From a virus, in the IMG/VR virus record IMGVR_UViG_3300042503_001836, positions 1 through 64,000 of that record: a stretch of DNA of 64,000 nucleotides; one strand, written 5' to 3'. Positions 47,259 through 57,623 of this stretch are shown piece by piece (the stretch's first letter is position 1; every line of letters starts with the position of its first letter). The translations under genes were made by a program, and so were the position numbers. Below the pieces are notes generated by a model. The model saw only the letters and a list, made by a program, of their open reading frames with translations, was not told the origin of the DNA and made no database searches.

Positions 47259-48362
47259 ATGAAAGTAATATGCTCCGTTGTTGATCTGCGTGATCAACTA
47301 GAAAAACTGGTATTAGCTTGTAATACTAAGTATTCCCCTACTCTTAGCTATGTTTTAGTAGAATCAAAAGATTCTATTATAAGAATGACCACTACTGACT
47401 TAAGCATTAGCTTATCAATAACTGTAGTAGGTCAAGTAGTAAAGTCTGGTAACGGTTTACTACCATGTAAGCAGTTATTAAGCTTACTTAAAGTTTTAGC
47501 TGCTGATGAAGTAGTTTTGACTATAAATGATGAAATCTGTTTAGTACAAACTAATACAGGTAATTACCGATTACCAAGCGAACCGTTTACAAATTTTCCC
47601 AACTTACCCACAATACAAGATGGGGACACTTATCAGCTAGAAGCAAAGAAACTTACTGAAGGTATAAAAGCAGTTTTATTTAGTGCTAGTACAGATGAAA
47701 CTAAAGGTGTTTTATGTGGAGTGCATCTGACCATGCTACAAGGACATAATTTAGAATTTGCAACTACTAATGCTCATATACTTTCATTAATAGAATTAAC
47801 TAGTGAATATACAAACTCTGATACAGAGTTTACTATTCCTAACCAAGCTTGTTTGTTGCTGCAAAAACTCCTAGAAAAAGTTGATGATGTCAAGATCACT
47901 GTTAAAGATTCGGACATTGCCTTTGAGTTTGATAATTACAAACTTACTAGCCGATTGTTAGAGGGACAATACCCAAGATATTATCATTTGTTCCCTCGAC
48001 AGTTTGATAAAAAACTAACTGTTGATCGGGTAGCTTTACTTGATGCTGTTGAGAAAATTCAAGTAATATCATCATTAAAAAATAATGGTGTTATTTTTAA
48101 TCTAAGTCTAGAAAATCAAGAAATAAATCTAACATCTCAAGTAACAGAGGTGGGTATCACAAAGATATCCTTACCAGCACAAATATCCGGTGATAGTTTG
48201 AAAACTGCGTTTTATTGTCCATACTTAGTTAGCGTATTAAAAAATCTTTCATCTACTGAAGTGCAGATTAAGCTTAATGCTAAATTAACCCCTGTAGTGT
48301 TTTCCCCATTAAGCACTCAGAAAATCAAATATTTAGTAATGCCCTTTGAAATCAGAAAATAA
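47259..48362 (+). CDS. dnaN: DNA sliding clamp (beta subunit)
   Basis: TDL, FPNLP, FSASTDETK.VL.GV, ATTN.H.L, SRLLEGQYP.Y, YLVMP. Confidence 0.93.
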   Translation: MKVICSVVDLRDQLEKLVLACNTKYSPTLSYVLVESKDSIIRMTTTDLSISLSITVVGQVVKSGNGLLPCKQLLSLLKVLAADEVVLTINDEICLVQTNTGNYRLPSEPFTNFPNLPTIQDGDTYQLEAKKLTEGIKAVLFSASTDETKGVLCGVHLTMLQGHNLEFATTNAHILSLIELTSEYTNSDTEFTIPNQACLLLQKLLEKVDDVKITVKDSDIAFEFDNYKLTSRLLEGQYPRYYHLFPRQFDKKLTVDRVALLDAVEKIQVISSLKNNGVIFNLSLENQEINLTSQVTEVGITKISLPAQISGDSLKTAFYCPYLVSVLKNLSSTEVQIKLNAKLTPVVFSPLSTQKIKYLVMPFEIRK

Positions 48363-48365
48363 AAA

Positions 48366-49772
48366 ATGAAAATCATAACAACAATTAAAGAAATAACTGA
48401 AGCTTTACCTGGACTATTAGCTGTAATTCCTAAGCGTCCTACCCATGCAGTGTTAGCTAATATTTACTGCCAAACCATAAAAGAAAACGGTAAAGAAGGT
48501 ATTAGATTAAGGGCAACTAATTTACAGTCATACCTCACAGTTTTTATTGCCTGTAATGTAGTGGAATCTGGCGAGTGCTGTATACCTGCTAAATTGTTTT
48601 CTGATATCATCACCAAAACTAAATCTAGCGGTGTATTAGAGTTAATCCTATCTGGTAATGGTGAAGAATTAACAATAGGAACTAACAATCTGAAACAAGC
48701 TATTAAAGCTTATGACAGTCCTGAGTTCATAGAGTTTCCAAAACCTGAAAAAACAGATAAACAAGTGACTGTTGATGGTATTCAGTTTTTCAATAAAGCT
48801 AAAACCTTGTGTGAACACATCAGCAAAAATAGTTACACAGAAAACCTTAATAATGTACATTTAGCTTATGGTAAACTCGCAGCCTGTGATGGTCATAAAT
48901 TAGCCTATGCAGATTTGAAAGTAAGCAAAGATGCACCTAGTATTTTTATACCGCCAGATTTAATTCCAGTTTTAAATAAATTGAATCTGGTCAAAAAATT
49001 AAAGGGCTTAGAGAACACTGATATTACTTTTAGTGTACAGGAATATGAATTAACAAACGGTGATCTACTGTTCTTTAACTTTGATAATTGGGAACTAATA
49101 CAAGGCACTCGCAGTTATAAACCACTACCTGACACAAATTTAGAAGATGGTACTGTTTACACTGATGTAGAGTTTGATAGGAAGCACTTATTATCAAGAA
49201 TAAAAGCGGCAATCATTTGTAATGAAAAGAAGATTACAAGGTTATGGTTGCATTTACAAGCAGGTAATCTTCACTTTATTACAGATAATAGTTCCGACTA
49301 TTTAGAAGCTTATACTTCTGGTGTGATTGCTTCCTGTTTGATAGAGGCTGAAAAGCTTGTACAGATAGTGGATAGTTTAAAAACTAAAACAATTAAAATC
49401 AAACTACCCCATTCTTGGGGATTGTTAGGCGTGGAAGTAGATGATTTTAACATTGGTTTATTATTAATGAAATCTAAGGATTATGATCAAATAACTTTAG
49501 ATGAGTTTGTAGAAACTATAGGTGTAGAAAGTCCAGTAGAGATTACTTGGAAAGAATTACCACAGTTATCTACAGAAGTTAATCATGAAACTGAGGAAGC
49601 ATTACCAGAAATAAAATCAACGGCTGTTGCTGTGTTAGAACCCGTTACCACAGAACCAACTATTGATAGCCAAGTGAAGGATGCTACTACACATCTACAA
49701 AACCTTTTGGCTACTGTCACAGATGTACAACTTAAAGAAGCAATAGTTAAAGAAGTTTTAGCTTTAGTTTAG
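48366..49772 (+). CDS. Divergent second beta-clamp-like protein with acidic tail
   Basis: PKRPTHAVLANI, LRATNL, G..CIPAKLFSDII, AACDGHKLA. Confidence 0.7.
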   Translation: MKIITTIKEITEALPGLLAVIPKRPTHAVLANIYCQTIKENGKEGIRLRATNLQSYLTVFIACNVVESGECCIPAKLFSDIITKTKSSGVLELILSGNGEELTIGTNNLKQAIKAYDSPEFIEFPKPEKTDKQVTVDGIQFFNKAKTLCEHISKNSYTENLNNVHLAYGKLAACDGHKLAYADLKVSKDAPSIFIPPDLIPVLNKLNLVKKLKGLENTDITFSVQEYELTNGDLLFFNFDNWELIQGTRSYKPLPDTNLEDGTVYTDVEFDRKHLLSRIKAAIICNEKKITRLWLHLQAGNLHFITDNSSDYLEAYTSGVIASCLIEAEKLVQIVDSLKTKTIKIKLPHSWGLLGVEVDDFNIGLLLMKSKDYDQITLDEFVETIGVESPVEITWKELPQLSTEVNHETEEALPEIKSTAVAVLEPVTTEPTIDSQVKDATTHLQNLLATVTDVQLKEAIVKEVLALV

Positions 49773-49836
49773 TAACATTCCCCAGAAATATCTGGGGATT
49801 TAACAAGTTTCAAACTATCTTAATAGGACACTACAA

Positions 49837-51402
49837 ATGTTAGAAAATGAATTTTTTCCCACACCTAACGCAACTATAGGCGAAATGGTCAGCTTTGCTA
49901 ATTACAAATCTGGTAATGCTGGTTCAGTATTAGATCCTAATGGTGGATCTGGTGCAATTCTAGACTATCTAAAGGAGTTTAATACAAACAGATTTAATAA
50001 TAGTGATATAAGAAAATTCTATGCTTTAGAAATTAATCAAGATTTAAAATACACGCTTCAGGGTAAAGGTTATAAAGTTTTGGGTTTTGATTTCCTGGAA
50101 TATGATGAGCCGATGACTTTTAATTGGATCTTTATGAATCCGCCATTTAGTAACGGCGTTGATCATGTTCTTAAAGCATATACACATTTAAAAGACGGTG
50201 GCACATTAGTTGCTTTACTCAACGCCCAAACAATTAAGAATCCCCATACCAAGAATAAGCAAAACTTGATTCACCTGCTTTGTAAATCTTTCAATGAGCA
50301 AAGCAAAGACGGATGGAGTATTAACTACTCAGAAAATAACCTGACAGATGCCCTAGAACACCTTGAAAATCAGAAGAGGATTAAATGGTTAGGTAGATGT
50401 TTTACTAATGCAGAACGCCCTACAACTGTTGAGGTTGTCATGCTTAAAATTACTAAACCTAAAAAGTTAGTAACCATTAACTTTGAGGAAATTAAATTTG
50501 ATCTAGATGCTGAATTAGGTCAACAACAATTTAACCCTAATGCCTTAGCTAGTCGGGATATAGTTAGAGACTTAGTAGCACGTTATAACGCTGTGAGGAA
50601 AATAGTAATAGAACGCTACGAGACACAAGCAAAACTAGACTTTTACTTACAAGGTATATCAGATTCAGTTTATGGTACATTTGATCGTAATGATAGATAT
50701 GATAAGACTACAACCTGTTTAGACAATGAGACAGACTTAAACACCCAGCTTGCTTATTTAAAGTCAAGATTTTGGAACACAGTATTTATCAAAACTGAAA
50801 TAGGAAACAAGGCAACATCTAACTTTAGGAAGAAATTTGAAGAATTTACAGTACAACAATCTACAATTGCATTTACTGAAGAGAACGTTAAAGAAGTTTT
50901 ATATCTCTTTATTGCCAACATGGGATCTATGATGCGTGATTGTGTGATAGAGATTTTTGATAAAGCCACTGCGTATCATGAAAAGAATCAAATACATAAC
51001 GAAGGATGGAAAACTAACAAATCTTGGAAACTTAATAAAAGAATAATTGTTCCCAATGGTGTAACTTTTGATGGTAGATGGTCAGATGATGGAAGTTTTA
51101 GCATTAACTATTATCAAAGTGATTTTCTCAATGATTTAGATCGCGTTATGAATTTTTTATCAGGAATAAAGTCCGATAAAGACAACAGATACAATGGATC
51201 AACTTATTCCACAATTAGCAACTTTTGTAATAATTATCAAAAGTATGGTAAACACTACTCTGATACTTTTGAGAATGAGCATTTCAAGTTTAAGATTTTT
51301 AAAAAAGGTACATTGCATATAGACTTCAAAGATTTAAAAGTCTTGGAACAGATTAACCGTATAGCTGCCGAAGGTAAAAATTGGTTAGGTCAAGGCTGTT
51401 GA
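49837..51402 (+). CDS. N6-adenine methyltransferase with DUF4942-like C-terminal domain
   Basis: EFFPTP, LDPNGGSG, MNPPFS; WKTNK.W..NKRII, F..K.FKKGTLHI.FK. Confidence 0.8.
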   Translation: MLENEFFPTPNATIGEMVSFANYKSGNAGSVLDPNGGSGAILDYLKEFNTNRFNNSDIRKFYALEINQDLKYTLQGKGYKVLGFDFLEYDEPMTFNWIFMNPPFSNGVDHVLKAYTHLKDGGTLVALLNAQTIKNPHTKNKQNLIHLLCKSFNEQSKDGWSINYSENNLTDALEHLENQKRIKWLGRCFTNAERPTTVEVVMLKITKPKKLVTINFEEIKFDLDAELGQQQFNPNALASRDIVRDLVARYNAVRKIVIERYETQAKLDFYLQGISDSVYGTFDRNDRYDKTTTCLDNETDLNTQLAYLKSRFWNTVFIKTEIGNKATSNFRKKFEEFTVQQSTIAFTEENVKEVLYLFIANMGSMMRDCVIEIFDKATAYHEKNQIHNEGWKTNKSWKLNKRIIVPNGVTFDGRWSDDGSFSINYYQSDFLNDLDRVMNFLSGIKSDKDNRYNGSTYSTISNFCNNYQKYGKHYSDTFENEHFKFKIFKKGTLHIDFKDLKVLEQINRIAAEGKNWLGQGC

Positions 51403-51515
51403 TTTGAATAACAGAAAGCACATTTAGATTCAACTAAATGTGCTTATCATACTTAAAAAATGATTTAATATTTTGTACTTACAAGAAAAAACCCTGAAGT
51501 TATCAGGGTTTTTTA

Positions 51516-52043
51516 TCACACTTTTTTATAAGTTTTTCCGTTCTTAATCAAGTTGATTGTTTGCCGGCTAACTCCATATTTCTTAGCAAGGTAGCCACCT
51601 ATTCTACCATTAGCAATACCGGGAACACCTTCTTTAAATGCTTCTCTGATTTCCTTAACTTGTTCAATAGTCAAGGCATAACTAGAGTTTTCTGTTAGTG
51701 GTTTTTGTGGTTGGTTCATACTACTTAAATAAGTTCTAAACTGGTGTATAGTTTGTTTTTCAGGATCAAACTCATTTAAAAAGAGGTTTTTATGCTCTTC
51801 TGGTAAAGCATCCCACCAAGGTCTTTCTTGGAGTGGTTTCCTCCTTAAACTTTCTTTCCTATGCCAAATACTTGCCTTTGCTTTTTGCTCATCTGTTAAT
51901 GGTTTTCTAGGTCTAGATTTCTTAGCTATTCGCGCCATAATCTTGATTTTATCTTTATATTTTGCCCTGTATCTCAGATTAGCTTCTACGTGTGCTGGTA
52001 ATTCAAATGCTTCGGAATAATCCTGATTTCTTCTGAATCTCAT
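51516..52043 (-). CDS. Basic protein with C-terminal HTH
   Basis: LT.EQV.EIR...LAKKYGVSRQTI..IK.GKTYK. Confidence 0.65.
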   Translation of the reverse strand: MRFRRNQDYSEAFELPAHVEANLRYRAKYKDKIKIMARIAKKSRPRKPLTDEQKAKASIWHRKESLRRKPLQERPWWDALPEEHKNLFLNEFDPEKQTIHQFRTYLSSMNQPQKPLTENSSYALTIEQVKEIREAFKEGVPGIANGRIGGYLAKKYGVSRQTINLIKNGKTYKKV

Positions 52044-52172
52044 AGTTTCGCCTTTGTGTTTCAAAATGATATTTATTAGTATAGCAGCATAGCTATATTT
52101 AATATTAATGTCAAGTACCCATAAAAAAAGATAGCTTGTTAGGCTATCTTATGTTTGTTTTATTTGTGTACT

Positions 52173-52460
52173 CTATAAAACATGGTAATACCAATGTTTA
52201 AATTCCCTAGCTTGCCGTCCTTCCTCAGCTATAAGTTGTTCTAATTTTTTAAAATCATGATCATAATCAGGATCAAACTTTCGGTAGTTACCTAACACAA
52301 TACTAAGATCATTCTCTAGTTCTATTCCACGCCGTTCTACTCGGCTGTAGAGTTTATCAAATGTTTTATCCATGTCTCTAATATCATGTAATTGTGTTAC
52401 ATGACCATCCCAGCGATCTATTAATTTGTAGCCATCTAATATGGCATATCCTTTAAGCAT
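52173..52460 (-). CDS. Hypothetical protein
   Basis: GGAGAATAAAACAATG leader. Confidence 0.6.
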   Translation of the reverse strand: MLKGYAILDGYKLIDRWDGHVTQLHDIRDMDKTFDKLYSRVERRGIELENDLSIVLGNYRKFDPDYDHDFKKLEQLIAEEGRQAREFKHWYYHVL

Positions 52461-52464
52461 TGTT

Positions 52465-52725
52465 TTATTCTCCCACTAATGCAGCGTATTTTAAACGATA
52501 TTTTTCACCATTTATGGCATTTATCGCATCATCTTCTTCTATGATTAGCTGCTCCATTCTCTTAACTAACTCTTGCGCTTTTTGTCTGGAACAATTAACC
52601 AAAGGTCTGTTTGGTGGCAGTTTACAGAACCTTTCATGCTCCTCACTAGGAAGCTGTTTTAGAATTGCAATCCTTTCTTGGCGGATTGCTTCAAGATTGT
52701 CTTGTAATTGTTTTAGGGTTGCCAT
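52465..52725 (-). CDS. Hypothetical protein
   Basis: First gene after the minus-strand promoter at ~52751-52779. Confidence 0.6.
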   Translation of the reverse strand: MATLKQLQDNLEAIRQERIAILKQLPSEEHERFCKLPPNRPLVNCSRQKAQELVKRMEQLIIEEDDAINAINGEKYRLKYAALVGE

Positions 52726-53194
52726 AGCTTGTTTTACTTATTTTTTTTATAATATAACTGCATTTAAAAATAATGTCAAGTATTCTATAAGATTATTTTT
52801 AATACAAAATAAAACACTCTAGATTACAGGCTAGAGTGCTAAAATACCTATTATTTTTGCTCCCATGTTATGTAACAATCCTTAAATTCAGGATTATTTT
52901 TAAGAAAGTGATCTTTGATAAATATTGCTCCTAAATAGTCATCAGCAGTAAACCAAGAACTATAAAATATAATCTTACTGGTTTTGTGCTGATGTTTACG
53001 AAGTTTAAAGCGGTAATTGCCCATTTTAATTGTCACTAAAAGTAACTAAGAGAACCTTGTGATCATCATGCCAAATATAATCAACAATGCTTTTATTTTG
53101 CTGACTACCTTCTTGCCTTGCTATATGTAAAGCAGATGGACAATCTGTTATTTTTGGATTTTGATGATGAGCAAAATAGCCATTATTATGTTTA

Positions 53195-53503
53195 TCAATC
53201 ATTGCAGTCTCCTATTTTTAATGCTTTTAACTTGGCAAGAAATTCTTGCATATATTTTTCTTCCTTCTCCATAGAGAAAGAATAAAAGGCTGCTAAGGAA
53301 CATCGTCCTTCCATACGGTCAAAAAAGCTTTTCTGGTAATGCCCATCTGTCCAAGTCCATATCTCATCAAACAAGTCATCTGATATGCTGCTTGGTTGTG
53401 ATCTAACATGAATATACTCATCATCAAGATAAGCAATTTTTATTGCTGCTTGATAACATTCCCACATTAGATCATTTACAGATTGTTCAAATACTTCCGT
53501 CAT
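53195..53503 (-). CDS. Hypothetical protein
   Basis: Promoter and AAGGA leader upstream. Confidence 0.6.
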   Translation of the reverse strand: MTEVFEQSVNDLMWECYQAAIKIAYLDDEYIHVRSQPSSISDDLFDEIWTWTDGHYQKSFFDRMEGRCSLAAFYSFSMEKEEKYMQEFLAKLKALKIGDCND

Positions 53504-53696
53504 TGTTTTATCTATGTTTCCTTTGCTCTCTTACTATAACTGCATATAAAAATAATGTCAAGTATTCTATAAAAAAATACTTGACACAGATTTGATTATT
53601 TTAGGAACTTGATGTATAATCTAATAACAACACCAAGAAACACTTACGGTTTATGAAAGTCGTCCTGATAGTCCCTAAGCTATTAGGATTATTTTT

Positions 53697-55301
53697 TTAC
53701 CTGGTTAAGCTTTCAAAATCAGAATCAAAGCAATCTTTTGATTGCAGTTCATTTGCACACCATTTAGCGATCACTGGCTTACAGTCGTTCATTGCGGACA
53801 AGTCATTATGAAAGGCTCGATAGTCTTTATGAGAGCCTTTTAACTGGCATCTTTCAAAAAGTTTAAGCATGAGTAGTCTATTCTTGTACGGAATATGATA
53901 CTTGTCTGCTAAGACTTTGAGCATTTTTTCTACATCTAAGATGGCATCAAACACTTGGGGATAATAGAAATGATGTCTTTCTAAATAAGGCAAGCCCCGG
54001 TACTGTTCATGTATATACAACTCTTGATCTGGTGGTAAGTATCTAGTTGGCATAAAGGGTAGACTGTTTGCAGGTGCTACGTCTACAATCATTTTTGCCC
54101 AGCTTGAAAAAGCGCATATAGAACAGTACAATTGTTTTTCACTAGAATAGAATTGCCGCAAAAGTCCTACAAAAGTACGCATCTGATGACGTAATTTGTA
54201 ACTAGCATCAAATCTTGGGTAATCTCTCTCTAGCAGTTTTCCCTTCTCTACATCAGATTGTGCTAACCGTTCTAAAAGGTAAGCTTCCTCAAGATTATTT
54301 TGGGATCTGTAAGTATTTATCTCAAACAAGTCTAGTCGTTCTGGATAGTCTGCTTTAAACCTGTCAACCATTGCATTAATCAATGGTTCATCTTTAACCA
54401 GCCGATTTTCCTTAGCAGTAGCACAGACTATTTTGCTAATGTCCTTACGTCTGCCAAATTTAGAAACGCCTTGCTTATCAGTAGAAACTAAGGTTTCTTC
54501 ATACAGCATATTAAAATCCAGACTGAAAAGTTTATCCCACTGCCAAGTTTTCAGATCACAACCACGTCCAGGTACACCCCTGGTAGTAGTCAATGCTGCG
54601 GGTAAAGTAGTATTTACAATCTCGATCCGGTCTTTTGATAGTTGGTCAAGTGAGGATACGCCACAATCCCTTCTAATTTTATAAATCGTCCAGAATATCT
54701 CTTTCAGATTATTGATGTGCTTGAAGGCGTTTTTCTGTACCTGTGGAGGCAAAACTGCTAAATCCTGGTAGTAGCTTTTGCCGTCCCTAAACTCTAGGAG
54801 ATGTTGCCAGATATCGGAAATGTGATCTCGGAAGTATTCTAGATTAGCTACTTTATGATCCGTCCTCCTTAACATTTCCGCAGTGATGTCTAGACGGTCG
54901 TGTAAGGAGTCCAAATCAGTCTGCCCTCCTAAATGTACCTGAAACCCGGTAACGTGCTGTATATAGGCACGTAGTCCAATATGCCCAATAGAGACTAGAG
55001 ATTTTATTGCTTCGGAGTTCCTTTCTATTTCTGCATAGTAGGCAATTATCCCAAAAGCATAATTGCTGTCAAAAAGATTCTGATGCCCAAAGACATCTAG
55101 CAGATATTGAGATTCTGTCTTTTTGTAAAAACATTGAAGCGGTTCATAGTTAGATAATGTTTGTCTTACGTTATTGACTAATCTACCTACTGTAGTTTGA
55201 TGCACTCCAGATAGTTTAGCGATCGCTTCCTGATTTAACCCAGTTTGACCACCATCCAAGGCAATGAAATACTGGTCATCCTTAAAAAATTGGTACGGCA
55301 T
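53697..55301 (-). CDS. Large hypothetical protein with possible N-terminal DNA-binding region
   Basis: 534 aa; LNQEAIAKLSGVHQTTVGRL is HTH-like. Confidence 0.75.
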   Translation of the reverse strand: MPYQFFKDDQYFIALDGGQTGLNQEAIAKLSGVHQTTVGRLVNNVRQTLSNYEPLQCFYKKTESQYLLDVFGHQNLFDSNYAFGIIAYYAEIERNSEAIKSLVSIGHIGLRAYIQHVTGFQVHLGGQTDLDSLHDRLDITAEMLRRTDHKVANLEYFRDHISDIWQHLLEFRDGKSYYQDLAVLPPQVQKNAFKHINNLKEIFWTIYKIRRDCGVSSLDQLSKDRIEIVNTTLPAALTTTRGVPGRGCDLKTWQWDKLFSLDFNMLYEETLVSTDKQGVSKFGRRKDISKIVCATAKENRLVKDEPLINAMVDRFKADYPERLDLFEINTYRSQNNLEEAYLLERLAQSDVEKGKLLERDYPRFDASYKLRHQMRTFVGLLRQFYSSEKQLYCSICAFSSWAKMIVDVAPANSLPFMPTRYLPPDQELYIHEQYRGLPYLERHHFYYPQVFDAILDVEKMLKVLADKYHIPYKNRLLMLKLFERCQLKGSHKDYRAFHNDLSAMNDCKPVIAKWCANELQSKDCFDSDFESLTR

Positions 55302-55306
55302 ATGTT

Positions 55307-55531
55307 CTATGGTTGTGTTTGCTGTTCTAACGCTTGTTTCATAACCTGAAATACTTTCTTGATTCTGGAATAGCTTGCTGTTTCATAGCCAGAATCAATC
55401 CAAATGCGGACTCGTTTATAGCTAAAGCCTGTCTCACTTGCTAATTGTCTTTTAGACCATCCCAACTGCAAGCGCATCAATTCCAGTGTTTCATGCAACT
55501 TGTTAATGTCAACCTGTCTTAAGTCTAACAT
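55307..55531 (-). CDS. XRE-family HTH regulator
   Basis: R..LGWSKRQLASETGFSY..V..W. Confidence 0.7.
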   Translation of the reverse strand: MLDLRQVDINKLHETLELMRLQLGWSKRQLASETGFSYKRVRIWIDSGYETASYSRIKKVFQVMKQALEQQTQP

Positions 55532-55854
55532 AAAAAAAGTCCTAAAAAGTCCACTATCTAAAATATATCAGAAAACGTGCTTTCTTTATAAAAATAAATA
55601 AAACAGCACCATTACACTATAATTTCCTATCTGTCAATCAGTAATTTTTTGAAAAACTCTATTTTTGCACGATACTTCAAATCTTTATACAGTAATAGTT
55701 TTAATGCCAGACGGTAGGAATAAACAAAGGTATCTGCACTATAGTATACAGATATACAGCAATATAAAAAATACTTAAATAAATAGCTGAAACTATTGAT
55801 ATATAAAGCTTTTCACTTTTAATGTTTTTTAGTAAGTGATGTTATTAACTGTAG

Positions 55855-55918
55855 GGTGATCCAAAAGTTCTAAAAACGATAGCTTATATATTATGATTTT
55901 CTCAACTTTTGGATCACC
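55855..55918. repeat. GGTGATCCAA inverted repeat, copy B
   Basis: 15-bp perfect arms GGTGATCCAAAAGTT / AACTTTTGGATCACC. Confidence 0.85.
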
Positions 55919-56049
55919 TTAGCTTTTTTTGCTATTTTTCTCAGTAAATTATAAGTAATCCGTATTAAAAATAACTTTAGTAAAAAACATATTAAAAACT
56001 ATATTTTAACTCCTAGAATACTTATATAAAGCCCACTCTGTTATTACAA

Positions 56050-57115
56050 GTCGGCGCGGAAATTCCAATTAGCTAACTATAAACACTTAATTAGGTAATT
56101 TATAAAACAGTAAGCAGTTAGTATAGTAATTATGTACTAAAGTAAAAATTGACAGCACAAATGTTTGAGCATTTTTAGTTAAAAAAACTTTTTAATGCCC
56201 GGTTTTCTATTTAATTTTTTAAGCCGTAATAAACCCTATGGATAACTGACATCCTATCCACTAGATGTCAAGGGCTATAGCTGGCTGTTAACCTACAGCC
56301 AGAGTTACTTTAGTTTCTTCAAATTAATCAGGTTGCGAGCCGTCATTCTTTTTAGTCCCCTCAGATAAATCTGTTTTACCCACAGATGGGAGTCAAATTA
56401 CCTTTTAACCAATAGGCTTGTCTGTTTTTGTTTAGGATTCGCGGTCTTCAACATACTTCATCCAAGACGCTAAGTGTCGTTTAGCTGCGTCCTATTTACT
56501 TGATCAGCTAGGTTACTGATATGTGGGTGTTTTTACATCTTGCTCTGATGGTTTTTGCGCTTATACAGTCGCACTTTCGATACCCAATAGAATTTGCTAA
56601 CATCTACACCGCCGCACCTGGAGTCATTTATTTCTAAAAGTAGTTCCCATTGTCGTTTCAATCCAACTCCCTATTAAGAGAGTATTTATACATTCCCCTT
56701 GTCTAGTTAATACCTAATGTTCATGGAAATCGCGCTCAAATATGGATCTAGTTTTTTGGTTCAATCCCTTCAGTAAAGTCTCACTACCTTACTAAATTTT
56801 TGATATCCCCTCAAGTCCGCCCAATTATATTGTCCCCATTTCAGGGTATCGTCATGGCCAACGCAATCTGCACTACTTTTTTATTGATTCACTTTTAATC
56901 CTTACAGGATTTAGGTCTCAACTAGAATCCGCCACGCGCACGCATACGGACTAGAAGCAATTTCCAATTAAAAACTAAATGAGAGTCTTTAATTTTCAAG
57001 CCGGGTAATGACTTCACCGACTCATCTTGCGTTCCTTACTGGTCTAGGGCTTTTATAATAAACGCTGAGGTGTGTTACAACGCTCGATTGTTTCGCCTAT
57101 CAGATTTATTCGATT
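56050..57115 (-). ncRNA. Putative long non-coding RNA B (3' end uncertain)
   Basis: Promoter at 57122-57150 followed by ~1 kb with no ORF in the track; contains an embedded CRISPR repeat. Confidence 0.5.
56655..56691 (-). CRISPR. Solitary CRISPR repeat inside region B
   Basis: 36/37 match to the array 1 repeat; the single change gives a U-G pair on the minus strand. Confidence 0.93.
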
Positions 57116-57121
57116 AAATAT

Positions 57122-57150
57122 AATATAACACGGGATAAAATAAATGTCAA
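57122..57150 (-). promoter_or_regulatory. Promoter of long non-coding region B
   Basis: Minus strand TTGACA-17-TATATT. Confidence 0.75.
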
Positions 57151-57267
57151 CCCCATATAAAATAAAAAAACCTAGTAATTTTGTACTAGGTTTGAGTTCT
57201 TATTACTTAGAATTAATTAAAACTAGGGGCTTTTCTGTTGCGGTTTCTGATATCTTAGCTGGTTTAT

Positions 57268-57304
57268 GTTTCAATCCAACTCCCTATCAAGGGAGTATTT
57301 ATAC
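57268..57304 (-). CRISPR. Solitary perfect CRISPR repeat (array-2 type)
   Basis: 37/37 match to the array 2 repeat; lies in the 3' region after ORF 57354-57623, before a terminator. Confidence 0.95.
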
Positions 57305-57353
57305 CATAAGCTTGTGTTTTATGGTTTCTAAATTCATTTTAACACAAATGTGC

Positions 57354-57623
57354 TTACTTGACTTCAAATACATAACCAGATTCAGTTACTTTGACTAATC
57401 TCAATACAGTATCAGTCCCGTCTTTTTTCAGGCTACCTTTCCACGCTAGGCAACCAAAAGATGTTTTATCTCGAATGTCTTCCGCTTCCTCTAAAAGCTG
57501 TTTGCATCTAGTATTATACTTTTTCCAAACATCCTCTATTTTGCAGGATGTAAACTTAGCTACAATTTTGTTATTAGCAGCTAAGATATGGTATTCTGTT
57601 TTTTCTGTATTTCTTAAAGTCAT
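57354..57623 (-). CDS. Hypothetical protein
   Basis: AAGGAGAATAAGATG RBS. Confidence 0.7.
   Translation of the reverse strand: MTLRNTEKTEYHILAANNKIVAKFTSCKIEDVWKKYNTRCKQLLEEAEDIRDKTSFGCLAWKGSLKKDGTDTVLRLVKVTESGYVFEVK

Noticed and set aside
56757-56770. tRNA T-loop-like GGTTCAATCCC on the plus strand
   Set aside because: No T-stem or cloverleaf surrounds it, and the region's promoter is on the other strand.
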